A DNA stretch of 64,000 bases from the human T2T-CHM13v2.0 reference genome, Homo sapiens. The notes under the pieces are model-generated. The model saw only the letters and a list, made by a program, of their open reading frames with translations. It searched no databases and was not told the DNA's origin. The stretch is taken from NCBI RefSeq assembly GCF_009914755.1, contig NC_060927.1; one strand, 5' to 3'. Of this stretch, positions 1 to 16,056 are shown in pieces; position 1 is the first letter of the stretch, and the number at the start of each line of letters is the position of its first letter. Made by a program: the position numbers and the translations under genes.

Positions 1-333
1 TTAGATGGTTTCACAACCAGTGAAGTATCTTTTTATTTTCCTGAACACTATCTAAAAATGGAATGTTAAAAACTAACCTATGTGAGGTGTTAAACACTCT
101 ACTATTATTTAATTTTATTATAATACTTGTCACATACATAGACCATTCCTGTCTGAACATGGTATGATTTTTTTTTTAATTAAACCAATGTCACATTCAT
201 TTTGTCATGAAAATTTCGTGTGCCTCTTAGAATAATTTTAGATAATTGCAGTATCATAAAACTAGGATGGGGCTGGACATGGTGGCTCACACCTGTAATC
301 CCAGCACTGTGGGAGGCCAAGGCAGGTGGATCA

Positions 334-624
<291 letters not shown>

Positions 625-1826
625 TTATTGTTTAAAGTGGTGTAGCTTGGCCTGGTGGCTCCTTCCTGTAGTCTCAGCCACTCGGGAGGCTGAAGTAGGA
701 AGACTGCTTGAGCCCGGCAGTTTGAGGCCGGCCTGGGCCACATAGCGACACTCTGTCTCCAGATAAGCAAAAATTTTAAAATGGTGTCTTCACTAAAATT
801 AGAGAAATTATTTTTGCATCAGAGTTGTAGAATTGTAGTTTATTATTTGGGATCTCATGTCCAGACTTTAAGACAGTCAGTTGTTAGCCCTTTGAAGTAA
901 CTCACCAAAAGTTTCTAATGATGTGTGATATACCTATTTCTTGGAGGTAGATGCTATTTCTTGGAAGTAGATGGTAAGTAGTTTTATGTTTGATTTGTAG
1001 ATATCCTTTTTGGGAAAGTTGTTTTCTTATTTTTCCCTTGATGAATAACCATTTTGATGATTATTTTTGGTGTTGAAACAAGATTGTATTGCTTCTATAG
1101 GTTTTCCTTTGATAACCTTTAATCCTCTACCTTTGATTTATAATTTTATTTTTCAGTGCGTGGTCTGTATTTTAAACCAGTTTAATTTTCCTCAGTAATA
1201 CTTTTTGAAAATGACGTTTTACTCTTTGGTTTGTAGATAAGTAAAATTGCCAATAATATTTTCCTTTTAAATACGGTATTTTACCATAAATAGAAATTAC
1301 TTTTTGTTTTGTCTTGATATTCACCGACACACTCAAGACTGTTTGTATGAGTATGATAAGAGACAATTTGTTGTGATGGATAAATAAAGAAATGTAACCT
1401 GCCCAGTGAACTCACTATTACCAGAAATATTCAAGAGAAACTGAGCAAATGTTAGGGTAGGGTAGGTGGGAATTTCTGTCCTAAATGGAAGTCTGTTAGT
1501 GACCTCTTCGGTTCCTTTCTAATTCTAACATCTTATTATTCAGTAAATATTACTGTGCTTGGTCACTGTAATGTATATAATACAGTGAGAAGGAAATCTA
1601 CTTTCTTATAAAATAAAATAAATGTTTGTGGATTGTGAATGTTTTTGTTTATTAAAGCAGCAGTATAGCATATGATGCTTTTAAACTTAAAGTTTACATT
1701 TGAAGAGTCTATTAAAATGTTTTTTAGTGTAATATATAAATTAAATGACAAATTGGATGTGAACTGTGTAATCGCAGTGTTCTGGATTAATATACTAAAT
1801 TTATTTATTTCTGTCCTCTGGCCTAG

Positions 1827-1903
1827 GGTTCACCAGTAAAGCCAGTAGCCATTAGGGAGTTTCAAAAAACAGAAGATATGAGAAGATATTTACATCAAAA
1901 CAG
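1827..1903 (+). CDS. LRCH3: LRCH3 internal coding exon (GSPVKPVAIREFQKTEDMRRYLHQN-R), phase 0->2
   Basis: Pyrimidine tract + TAG acceptor at 1824-1826; donor AG|gtttga; 77 nt; frame continues into exon 9915. Confidence 0.85.
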
Positions 1904-2315
1904 GTTTGAAAAACCAATTCTACTTAATTTGTTTCTGTCTTAATCATGAGAGCATAAAGTAATTTTGGTTTTATGCAGATCTGTGTGTAATAAAGATGTT
2001 TACATGGCATGTATTTAGAACTGAGCGACGGTGTGCTTTTTTGTACTCATGCCATAGAAAAGGTAAAAACTGATTTGATTCTAAATTGAGACCATCTAAA
2101 TCATTACCTACACAGTTAATCGATCTGAAGATACTTAGTAGCAATGAGATTTTGTGGTGAAGCTATATGGATTCATGCACAAAAAGGGCTAAAAGAATTT
2201 CAGGACTGGGCATAGTGGCTAACACTTGTAATCCCAACACTTTGGGAGGCCAAGACGGGAGGCTTGCTTGAGCCCAGGAGTTTGAGACCAGTCTGAGCAT
2301 CATTCTACCCCTCTA

Positions 2316-2960
<645 letters not shown>

Positions 2961-3542
2961 TCAAAAAAACCAAAAAAAGAATATTTTGAAAATTAGCTTG
3001 ATCGTTTAGAGCACTGCTTCTCATTCTTGAATTCCAGAATGTTTCTTGCCATGAAGAATTTCACAGTAGTTGGAAATTTCAGCCTTTAGTTCTTTGCCTT
3101 CTGGTTTTATGAAGTCTTGGTACACCTATTCTTAAGTGACGGTGAATTTACGTAGTTCTTATACTTGACAAGGTATTAAAGGTAACTCGGGGGACTGAGC
3201 TATAGATGGAATAAATGTGTAGGGAGAAAAAAGACAGACATCACTGTGACATTTATACTCTTATCACTTAACTCATGGAGATTTAATTAAATTTGATATG
3301 CTTTGAAATTTATTTCAGAATGTCTTTTCAGTTGCCACGTGTCCTTTTATTGAGAGTGTAGTCTTTTAAGATTCCAGTTTTATGCAGGAGTTTCCAGTTA
3401 CATTCCCCACCTTGAGTGGGCCTGCATTTTATATCTCCTGCCCCTCTCACGTCCTGCATCCATCATAGGTGAAGCTCAAGAGCTCCAGGATTTAGTAGAA
3501 ACCCTCAAGGTAAAAGCTGGCTCTTTCACTCAGTTACCTTAT

Positions 3543-4130
3543 GTGTTAGTTTTCTGTTGCTTGTGTTACAAAGTTAGCAGTTTAGAACAACACCTCTTTA
3601 TTATATTATACTTCTGGAGGATAGAGCCTGGGCAGGCCCCGCTGGGTTCTCTACTTAGAGGCCAAAGTCAGGGTATCGGCTGGCCTGGATTCTCATGTGG
3701 AGACTGTGGAGGAGAATTCATTTTCACGCTCCTACATCTTGGCAGAATTCAGTTTGATGCAGTTACCGGTCCCCATTACTGAGGTCCCCATTATTTTCCT
3801 GGCTGCCAGCTGGTGGCCATTCTTGGTGTTTAGAGCCCACTCACATTCCTTCTTCATGGCTCCCTCCATCTTCAAACCAGGAATGACAGGCCAAATCCTC
3901 CTTATGTTTGGAATCTTTCTTACTTCCCTTTCTGCCACATCTCGCAAATTCTTTTGCTTTTAAGGGCTCGTGATTATATTAGGTCAACCTGGATAATCTC
4001 CCCATTTTAAGGCCAGCTGATTAGTAACCTTAATTTCATCTGCAAAGCCTTTTTTAAATGTAATACAACAGCATTCACTAGAGTAAGGCCAGGGACCGAG
4101 ATCGTGGAAGCCAAAAGTCTGCCTACCGCA
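3543..4130 (-). mobile_element. MLT1-type MaLR solo LTR
   Basis: tgtgttagttttctgttgct... start, ataatctcccattttaagg...gattagtaaccttaat motif, ...ctgcctaccgca end. Confidence 0.65.
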
Positions 4131-5274
4131 TCTTAGTCCAGAGTTCCTGTTTTTACTTCTTTTTGAAGGTCTGTGGATTCTTTATTTTCATGGCACCTTA
4201 GCAATACATTTTAAAAGCTTGTTTTATTTTATTCAGCATTTTGGTTATTTCCATTGGAAGAGTCATTCAGGGCGTTTAGTCTGCCACAGTGCTGGAAACT
4301 AAAGCTAGGATTACATGTTTTGTTTTGTTTTGTTTTGTTTTGTTTTGTTTTGTTTTGTGACAGGGTCTTGCTCTATTGCCTTAGGCTGGGGTGCAGTGTT
4401 GTGATCATGGTCACTGCAGCCTCTACCTCCCAGGCTCAAGCAATCCTCCCACCTCAGCCGCTGGAGTAGCTGCAACTTCAGGCGTGTGCTACATACTCAG
4501 CAAATTTTTTGTTATTTTTAGGAGAGACAGAAATCTCCCTATGTTGCCCAGGCCGGTCTCAGACTCCCAGATTGAAGTACTAACCCTCCTGCTTTGGCCT
4601 GCCAAAGCGCTGGGATTACAGGTGTGAGCCACTGCACCCAGCCATGATTACTGTTTAACTCGGGGTTCCATAGCACAGTCCTTGGATAAGAACTCCATAC
4701 TTGATCCTAGTAACCAGTTAGGCTCTAGGATCAATATATACTTCATGTTTTTAATTAGCAGGTATTTGTGAAATATCTACTATGTGCCAAGTTCCTTTCC
4801 AGATGTTGGGATATAGCTATGAACTTAGTCAAAATTCCCGCACTCCTGGAGCTTACATTCAAGTGAAATGTTGAATTCGAACCTAAAAAGACACAGTCGC
4901 CTCAGAATGACTGACAGCTCTCAGACCAGCAAGACTTGTCTCTAATCTGAATAACATGTTAACAAAAAGACTCTACCTCAGCAGTCTGTCAGTTACAGCA
5001 ACTCAAAAACATTGAGTGAGCATAAGGAATCCTCTGCTAGTGAGCTGAAAAGGAAAGCTTGCTTACCCGTTTTTTTCTTCCAGTTCTTTTCCCCTACCCT
5101 CATCCAACACATACATTTCTTCCCACCTACCACTCCCCTACCGCTACCCACATAGAGTCTACCCTACTGGGAGATCATAAACATAGGGAGATACAATAAA
5201 TAAAAAGTGTGAATGTTTTGTAGTATTTGCCAAGATGGATTATGTAAATTTGAAATTGAAACTAGCAAAAATTA

Positions 5275-5622
<348 letters not shown>

Positions 5623-5987
5623 TTATAATTTGAATAGCATTTTAGTTCAGGAGAGATGATAATACCAGACTAGGTTCTGTAAAGTGTGTTATAGCTTCTA
5701 TAAGAAGCAATATAGAATTAACATTTAGATAAAACCTGGAAGTTTTTTTGTTTCATGTTATATAGACACAGCCAGAAAAGCTACTCACATTAATTATGTG
5801 ATTTTGTAAATAAAGAAAAACAGAGAAGGCAGTTTAGTCTGCCTTATACTGGCCAGGTGTAATACACCTGTATTACCTGTATAGTGCTGGGTGTAATCCC
5901 AGCACTATACTGGCCGGGTGTAATACACCTGTAATCCCAGCACTTTGGGAGGCCAAGGCAGGTGGATCCCCTAAGGTCAGGAATTCA

Positions 5988-6233
<246 letters not shown>

Positions 6234-7121
6234 TTAGCTCAAGTAAGTTCAAGATTTAAAGGAGATACATACATGTTACCTGCATTTTTGTTTTTTTATG
6301 TCTCAATATTCCACACTTTTTCGGGAGAGGGTGCTACTGTCATTCATTCAAGCAATATTTCTTAAGCACTATAGTGGTTCTGTCTCTGTTCCAAATCCCT
6401 GATATTTTAGAGTTACTTTTTAGTGGATGTAGACAAATATATGTAACAAGCATGTTTCAGGTACTGCTAGGTGCTATGAAGAAAAATAAAGCAGGATAAA
6501 AGAGATGGTAGGGTGAGGGAAGAGTGCAAGTAATGTTAGATGCCATGATAATATTTCAGTAGAAACCTGAAAAAGAGCAAACATTATGGATGTCTAGGGG
6601 TGAAACGTTCTAGGTAGAGGTTCTGAGGTAGGAACATGCTTTTGGTGTATTCAAGAAACACCCAGGAGTCTGAGTAAAGCAGGACAAATCTGGGATGTGA
6701 GATGAGAGTTCTGCTGTGGTTATGTTCTATTTCAGGTACCTACAAGACATCCAAGTGGAATTATCAAGTAAGCAGTTAGATTTATGAGTTTGGAGTAAGG
6801 TGGCAAGAATTAGGGCTTGAACAACCAGAAAAACAAACTGAGTGGGGTGGTCATGGGGATAGGAGAAAGAGGGTGGTGTCCTAGAGGCTAAATGAGAATG
6901 GTTGTTGTTTTTGTTTTTTTGAGACACGTCTCTGTCACCCAGGCTGGAGTGCAGTGGTGTCATCATAGCTCATAAGCAGCCTTGATCTCCTGGACTCAAG
7001 ATCCTCCCGCCTTGGCCTCCCAAAATGCTGGGATTAAAAGCATGAGCCACTGTGCCTAGCCTTGAAAACAGTGTTTGAAGAAGTATAGAGAGGAATGAAT
7101 AACATCACTTACTGCTCATAG

Positions 7122-7247
<126 letters not shown>

Positions 7248-9914
7248 TGAGTAGCTGGGACTACAGGCGCGCACCACCACACCTGGCCAGTTTTTCGTAT
7301 TTTTTTAGTAGAGACGGAGTTTCACCATGTTGACCAGGATGGCCTCTTATCTCCTGACTTTGTGATCCGCCCGCCTCGGCCTCCCAAAGAAGTGCTGGGA
7401 TTACAGGCGGGAGCCACTGCACCCGGCCCTGCTGATAGGTTTAATAAGGGGAGGACTAAGAAATAGCTATTGGATTTGGGGATGTCAAGATCATTGACAG
7501 ACTTGTGAGGTGAAAGAAAGTTTTAGTGAAACTGAAAGGACGGGACGCAGATTGGATTGGGTGCAAAATACAGTAATGAGATAAAGTGGAAACAATGGGT
7601 TTGACTGGCTTTTTAGAGAAGTATTGTAAAAAGAGGGTAAATGAATCTATGTACTTGTAATCCCAGCACTTTGAGAGGCTAAGGTGGGTGGTTTGCTTGA
7701 GCCCAGGAGTTCAAGACCAGCCTGGGCAACATGGCGAAACCCCATCTCTACCAAAAATAGATGAAAATTAGCCAGGCATGGTGGTGCACACCTGTAGTTC
7801 CAGCTGCTTGGGAAGCTGAGGTAGGATTGCTTAACTCTGGGAGGTGGAGGTCTCAGCTGAGATCGCACCACTGCATTCAAGCCTGGACAACAGAGTGAGA
7901 TGAGACTCTGTCAAAAAAAAAAAAAAAAGAAAGAAAGAAAGAAACATAGGTAGAAAGAAGATTTAAAGGAGATACATACATGTTATCTGCATTTTTGTTT
8001 TTTATGTCTCAGTATTCCATGCTTTTTCGGGGGAGGGTGCTACTGTCATTCATTCAAGCAATATTTCTTAAGCACTAGAAAGTGCTTAAGAAAGTAGAAA
8101 GAAAGTGTGTATTAAAAAATTGAAAAGCGGCTGGGCATGGTGGCTCACACCTGTAATCCCAGCACTTTGGGAGGCTGAGGTGAGTGGATCACCTGAGGTC
8201 AGGAGTTCAAGACCAGCCTGGCCAGCATGGTGAAACCCCGTCTCTACTAAAAATACAAAAATTAGCCGAGTGTGGTGGCGCATGCCTGTAATCCCAGCTA
8301 CTCAGGAGGCTGACGCAGAAGAATCTCTTGAACCTGGGAGGTGGAGGTTGTGGTGAGCGAGATCGTGCCACTGCACTCCAGCCTGGGTGACAGGGCAAGA
8401 CTCTGTCTCAAAACAAAACAAAACAAAAATTGAAAAGCATTTTTAAAGTTTAGTGTTCAGGTTAGGGCACATAAACACACTTGAGTTGGTTTATTTGGTC
8501 CTTTCTATGTTTTGTTTCAGTTCATCTACAGATGGCCGCTAAAAGCTATGGGAAATTTTAACAGTGAAATTAGTAATCTAGGGAGAAAGTTGCAGTTAAT
8601 TCCTGTTACTCTAAATGTGTAATCAGGGCGTGGCGTGGTGGCCCACACCCGTAATCCCAGCACTCGGAGGCCTCGGTGGGTGGATCACTTGAAAGCTCAG
8701 GAGTTTGAGAGCGACCTGGGTTAACCTAGCAAAACCCGGTCTCTACAAAAACTGCAGAAATAAGCCTGGGTTGGTTGACACACACCTGTAGGCCAGCTGT
8801 TCGAAAGGCTGAGGCGATATTATCGCTTGAGGCCAGGAGGTCGAATCTGCAGTGAGCCATGATCACGGCATTGCACTCCACCTTGGGCCACAAAAAAAAA
8901 AAAAAACAAAAAAAAAACGGCTGGGCGCAGTGGCTCACACGCCTGTAATCCAATTACTTTAGGAGGCTGAGGTGGGAGGATGGCTTGAGGGGCAGGAGTT
9001 TGAGACCAGCCTGGGCAACATAATAAGACCCTCATTGCCACAGAAAAATTAAAAAAAAAAAAACAAAAAAAACAAAGACAGCTGGGCGTGATGGCTGGAG
9101 CCCAGGAGGTCAAGACTGCAGTGAGCCATGATGATGGGTTTTTTTTGGTTGCCCTAATTAGCACACTGATTTCAGTGCCTGTAGATCAGCCTGATAGGCT
9201 AATCATCATAGTTTTGGAGGCCACGTCCTAAACGTCAGACAGTAACTAATCTTGCCAGTTTTAGTTTCAGACACAAAGATGAGTTACAGAGACTTGAGCA
9301 ATGAAATCTGTTTCAGGAAAAGGATAAATAGTAAACTATAAGAATTAACACTGATAGCAGTGAGAAGGAAGTACTACTTTTTTTTTGTTTTTTTAAGCAT
9401 TAAAAAGGGCTTTGTATTTTTCTTAAAAATAAAAAAACCAGAATCTTTATTTCTGTGTTAAAATTGCTTCATCGATTGAAAATAAGAGCAGGTGTGCTTT
9501 ATAAGTACAGTTACGAGGTTCTGTAGTTGATAAAAATGACTGTATGTAAAAGGATCTCAGTTTACATGTATCGTGTTTTAATCATGGTGGTAACGAAGAT
9601 AATAGTTATTTGTGTTATAAAGAAATGATGCTGTTTGCAAGGTGATCTCAATTAACTGTATTGTTGGTATTGGCTGACATAGACAGTTGATACCACATGA
9701 AACGTGAGTTGGAGGCATCAGATTTTCCTCTGGTTTCACTTAATGACTTGGACTTAGGTTTACAAAATGCAGCTACTCCTTCAATGCTAACTAGGCAGTT
9801 TGCTACTGATTAATAGAAAGCTACATTTACAATAAAAATTTCATTTGTTTTTTATGTATCTGTTTGTCTTTTTATCAAAGAGTTTTTTTCTTTCTTTTTT
9901 CTTTTTTGGGTCAG

Positions 9915-9966
9915 GGTTCCAGCTGAGCCATCTTCCCTCCTGTCACTATCAGCAAGTCACAATCAG
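9915..9966 (+). CDS. LRCH3: LRCH3 coding exon (R-VPAEPSSLLSLSASHNQ), phase 2->0
   Basis: Long T tract + CAG acceptor; CAG|gtaatg donor; 52 nt; phase matches both neighbours. Confidence 0.88.
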
Positions 9967-10175
9967 GTAATGTTTAGTAGTTGTGTTTATTTTTGCTTTT
10001 TAAACTAAGATGATTTTTTTTCTTTTATAATACTTAAATTGCCATTAATTGCCAGGTATATTTAAGCATTACTAGCTGTCTCAATCGATTAATATAACAT
10101 ATGTACGTGATACTTGCTAACAGTGTTTTTAGACACTAGATAGAAAATCTTTACCTTCATGATGGCTTTATAGTA

Positions 10176-10255
10176 TTAGTTTGGTGCAAAAGTAATTGCA
10201 GTTTCTCCCATCACTTTCAATGGCAGAAACTGCAATTACTTTTGCACCAACCTAA
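10176..10255. mobile_element. MADE1 MITE (Hsmar1 mariner derivative)
   Basis: 80-bp palindrome TTAG(T)TTGGTGCAAAAGTAATTGC...GCAATTACTTTTGCACCAACCTAA flanked by TA. Confidence 0.93.
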
Positions 10256-10435
10256 TACATATAAGAACCGTGCAAAGACGGGAAAAGATTAGCCAATAAA
10301 CACATTTCAAGCAATGCTAGGTGACTTCAAAGCAAAAGTTGCATGGGTCAACAGTAGTTCCCTAAATTGATAGGGAATATTGGTAACGTGATCCTCATTT
10401 TTACTTTTGTATGCACAATAACGCTTTGGTTCCAG

Positions 10436-10585
10436 CTGTCACACACAGACCTGGAACTTCATCAGAGAAGGGAGCAGTTAGTAGAGCGCACTCGGAGAGA
10501 GGCTCAGCTTGCTGCCCTGCAGTATGAGGAGGAGAAAATAAGGACCAAGCAGATCCAGAGAGATGCTGTCCTGGACTTTGTCAAA
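10436..10585 (+). CDS. LRCH3: LRCH3 coding exon (LSHTDLELHQRREQLVERTRREAQLAALQYEEEKIRTKQIQRDAVLDFVK), coiled-coil-like
   Basis: ttccag acceptor; AAA|gtgagt donor; 150 nt; lies within ORF 10367-10714. Confidence 0.93.
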
Positions 10586-11545
10586 GTGAGTCGTTTGAAT
10601 GATGCTGTTCAAGCTGCTGACTGGCTAACTGCTTATTTGTTTGGTCAGGCCCGTTGGTTTTTATTGTCCATTAAAATGTCGACCATTTTTCTCTCTGTAA
10701 GGAATCTTGACTAAATAGAGTGTCTCTTTTACTTGTGTCTATCTGCATGAGGACAGAACAAGTGATTATCTTGTTAACGGTAAATCTGTCATTGGACATG
10801 TCACTTTACTATCCAGCTGCCATTTCCTCAATTTCTAGTGTCATAGTAAAGATCAGTAAGATGAAAGTGAAAGTGCTGTGTGAACCATAAAAGGCCCGTG
10901 CAGATGCAAACTGTTACTCAGACCTCTCTCCAGCTTCCTCGCTTTTGTAAATAACAAAAGTTTGCTAGCCTCACAGGCTTAATCCTTTGCAGGAACTTTG
11001 ATTTGTTCCTTTCTGCTCTCCACACACATCCAATTAACAACGCCATTAATATTTCTTAACGTTTTGCAGCCTCTATAGTAGTGCCTGAAATGTTGTCATT
11101 TTATTTTACCTGTATTGCTTATCTTTTTGTTCTGAAATCGTCATTTTTTCTTCATAATTAATTATTTGTAATTTTGTTTACTTAATATCTGTCTCTCATT
11201 TATCTGTAAACTCCATGAAGGTAAGAACCATGTCTGTTTTACTTACTGCTGTGTCCCTAGACCTTAGCAGGTCTTAGCTCATAGTAATGGTCAATAAGTA
11301 TTTGTTGAATGATTAAATGAATTTTTCTTGTCCACTAAAGACTTTCCTGTATTTCATACTTTAACTAGAGACCATCTCCTTTAAGTACGATGCGTATGTC
11401 TGTTTTACTGTTTTACCTGATAAACTCTTTTTTTCTGAATGTACCAGACCCTTGGCAATGACGTTTAACTCTCTTTCTCACCTGATTCCTCTTCATCCAA
11501 CAAGTTCCCTTGTCTCTTGTTTTCTATAAAAATGCAGGCAAATCT

Positions 11546-11857
11546 GGCCGGGTGTGGTGGCTCACGCCTGTAGTCCCGGCACTTTGAGAGGCCAAGGTGG
11601 GTGGATCACCTGAGGTCAGGAGTTTGAGACCAGCCTGGCCAACATGGCAAAACCCTGTCTCAAGTAAAAATAAAAAAATTAGCTGGGCGTGGTGGTGCAT
11701 GCCTGTAATCCCAGCTAACCAGGAGGCTGAAGTGGAGGAATTGTCTGAGCCTAGGAAACGGAGGTTGCAGTGAGCTGAGATCGTACCACTGCACTTCATG
11801 CAGCCTGGTTGACAGAGTGAGACTCCACCTCAAAAAAAAAAAAAAAAAAAAAAAAAA
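11546..11857 (+). mobile_element. AluS element
   Basis: Full-length, poly(A), TSD aggcaaatct. Confidence 0.93.
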
Positions 11858-12921
11858 GTAGGCAAATCTTTTGACCAATAGCAAAAATACTAAAATTAAT
11901 ATTCCTACAAGCAGAAGTTCACAAAGGTACCTCCCTCCCTCAAAACCTTGTCTGCCCTGAGATGTTTCTTCTTTTTGTGCCTTTTCAACCCTCATAAGAA
12001 TTGTTAATGTACTAATGGCCATGTTCTCTTGTCCTCCTTTATCTCTGTCATTGTATTTTCACACAAGTCATCTAATACTATACATACTATATCTCCTAAT
12101 TTGTCTAACCATTTCTCTTTCCCTTAAGTCCCTGCTTGATTTGTTACTACATACAAACTTTTTTATATAGTTCTCTTGAAACTAACGGAAATACTTTATT
12201 GGTTTATTCTTAATAGGTCATTTGGAGGTGTTCAGGTTTCACAGATGAGGAAGCTGTAGGTCTAGGAAGATTAAGCAATGTGGTCATTTATAGTACATTT
12301 GTTTTCTTAATCAGGAGGCAAACCTAGACTTCTGAAAGCCTAACTTGGTTCGTCCATTTGACTTGATAGACCTTTATGGAATGCTGGTTGTACAAGGAAT
12401 ATAAAGATGCATAAAATACAAGCCCTGCCCACCAGGCACAGCTTAGACCTTATCAGGGAAATAAACACAAATAAAACAGAAAATAAGGCAGCTTATAATG
12501 AAAGTGCTAGTTTTATATTCAAGACAGTAGAAGACTTAGAGAACAAGTATCATCAGAATTGACCTCAAAAAGAAATTATAGGGACCCTGAAGAGTGAGTA
12601 GGTAGGATTTAGCCAGGAAGAAAAGACTGGATGATGGTGTAAAGGGGGGTTCGTTTTAGGCTGAGGAAATCTAAACAGGATGGGAGCTGGGAATGGCCTT
12701 GTGTGATTTGTAGATTTAAAATAATGGCACTTGCAGGAAACACCAGCTGGCCTGGAGAGTTTGTATTGAAGACTTATGGGAAAAATGAATTATTGAGATG
12801 ATGATAATCGTACTTAAAACTTATTGAATGCTTATTATGTAGTAGGCACTATTTTAAGTACATTATATATATTTACTCATTTAATTCTCCCAACTCTCTT
12901 TAGGTACCATTTTTTCTTTTT

Positions 12922-13556
<635 letters not shown>

Positions 13557-15125
13557 CCATTTTTTCTTTTTATGAACAAGGAAACACGCTCAGAGAGAAT
13601 AACAGTTTACTAAGATTAAATACTCAGGAAGTGGCAGGATTAAAATCCTGTGATTAGAACAAGGCAGGTTGGCTCTGAAGCCTATTCTGTGAGCACAGTC
13701 TATGCTGCCTCTCGGTAATAATGGTTAACACTGAATCTTAAGTGCTGTTCTATGTGTTTTGCATAAATTAACTTACTCAGTTTGCCTTCCGTAGAAGTCA
13801 CACAGCCAGTAAGAGATAGTCAACTTGTAGAGAGTCTTGATTAAATGTCAAATTAGTGTTGGATCTTGATCTATTAAGTAAAAGAGAACACTTGAGTTTC
13901 AAAGCAGGAAAAAACATGAGAAGAGAGAGACTTCTGAAAAACTAATTGACTTGCGTTAGAACTGGTTAGGAAGAAAGACTAGAAAGAGGAAAATGAAGAA
14001 GGAAATTGCAATAGTTAGACTAGGGTGCAAAATAAGGCATAAAAACCAGATGGTTTCTAAAGGTCCTAAGGGTTGGCAGTATTGCAGTGACAAGAGCCTA
14101 AATTCAGAAATCTCTGCATTTGAATCCAGCTTTGCCACTTGCCGTGCGCTTGACTTTCAGAAAGCTACTGAGCCATTTTATGCTGTTAGGTTCCTCCTGT
14201 GTGTGATATTTAACTATTAAATATTAACTATCTCAGAATTATTATGGATATACCTAATGCTTAATACTAGTATGGTAGATGCTATATCCCCTATTACTAT
14301 AATAAAATGGATTTGCTGAATTACCTATAAGAGAGATGGTGAATAAATCACAGATGGTGAATAAATCACTGAAGAGGGTGAAAAAAAAGAAGCTCCCAAA
14401 GCAAGGTTTGGAGGCTGAAAGATGGTTTCAAATGAGGGTCTAGCATTGTGGAAAGAACACAGGCTTTGCAGTCGGAAGGCAGGCCCAAACCAGTTATGCT
14501 GCTGACGAACTTGGAGACCTTGCACGTGCCGCATAACCTCTCTTCTCGATTTTCTCATCTCTAAATGAATATGATGATGATATTTTATCTCACACAGTAG
14601 AAGAATCACTGAAATACTGTGTACACAGTGACATACAGTAGAGCACGTTGTAAAGCAGGGACCACACCAATGCTATAATGTTATTATTAGATTATTAGAC
14701 ATCACACGTTGGAGAAAATAGCCAGTTAGTATGGGACATTGTGAGTTTGTTTTTGAATGTGTCAGATATGAGGTGGAGTGGGGTTTCCAAGTAGAGAGTT
14801 TCCATAGACAGTTGAAAACACAAACCTGAGATTTGCTTCTAGCTAAGGTTATTAGCATTCGAGTGATACTAAAGCCATTAGAGGGAGAGAATAAGTTCAT
14901 CGAGTAAGAGGTCAATATTCTGATTATAAATGTGTTTGTGTAGATATATGTATAGTTTTTAAAATTTCTAGCTAAACATTTTCTAACTAGTAAATCTAGA
15001 AAAATGCTATAAACAAGAGGTAAAAAAATTAATTTGAGTGATTATTTTAGTAAATAGAATTTGTTATTTGCAGTGTTCCAGGCTCTAACCAACTTCCTTT
15101 TTTGGGGGGTTTTGGGATTATACAG

Positions 15126-15185
15126 CAAAAAGCATCACAAAGTCCACAAAAACAGCACCCGCTCCTAGATGGCGTAGATGGTGAG
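15126..15185 (+). CDS. LRCH3: LRCH3 coding exon (QKASQSPQKQHPLLDGVDGE)
   Basis: tacag acceptor; GAG|gtaagt consensus donor; 60 nt, phase 0-0, no stops. Confidence 0.85.
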
Positions 15186-15677
15186 GTAAGTTGATGTAAT
15201 CTCCTTTTCTTTGGAGTTGATTATTTTTGCAATGGAAATGAAATGTTTACATGTAATTGTCATGTTTTCAGTGCTCGGAATATTGCCATTTTTCTTTTTC
15301 CACCTCACAATATTCTCCTTATGAGGGAGATGATACAAGCCAAGGAGTTTACTAGAATCTATAGATCAAGGCTTTTTTCAGCTATACACATCCATCTAGA
15401 GATGATATTTCCCTCCCTGACCCCCACCAGAGGCACCGTCCCCGTCTCCTCCACTTTTGAAGCGTTGTGTGTAGAGTCCTGGGAGCTTTACCTGGTACAG
15501 GTAAATGGAGTGGCTACTAAACAAAAAAAGACTCTTACATAGGATTTCAGATTCAGTGCTATCAATGATAACACTTATTTTATAATATCAAATAGTACAT
15601 TTTTCTTACAGATTAACAGAAAATAAATCACTTAACCTTTTAAAAATCTACACACCTCTTTTGATCTGTTAAAATGA

Positions 15678-16056
<379 letters not shown>

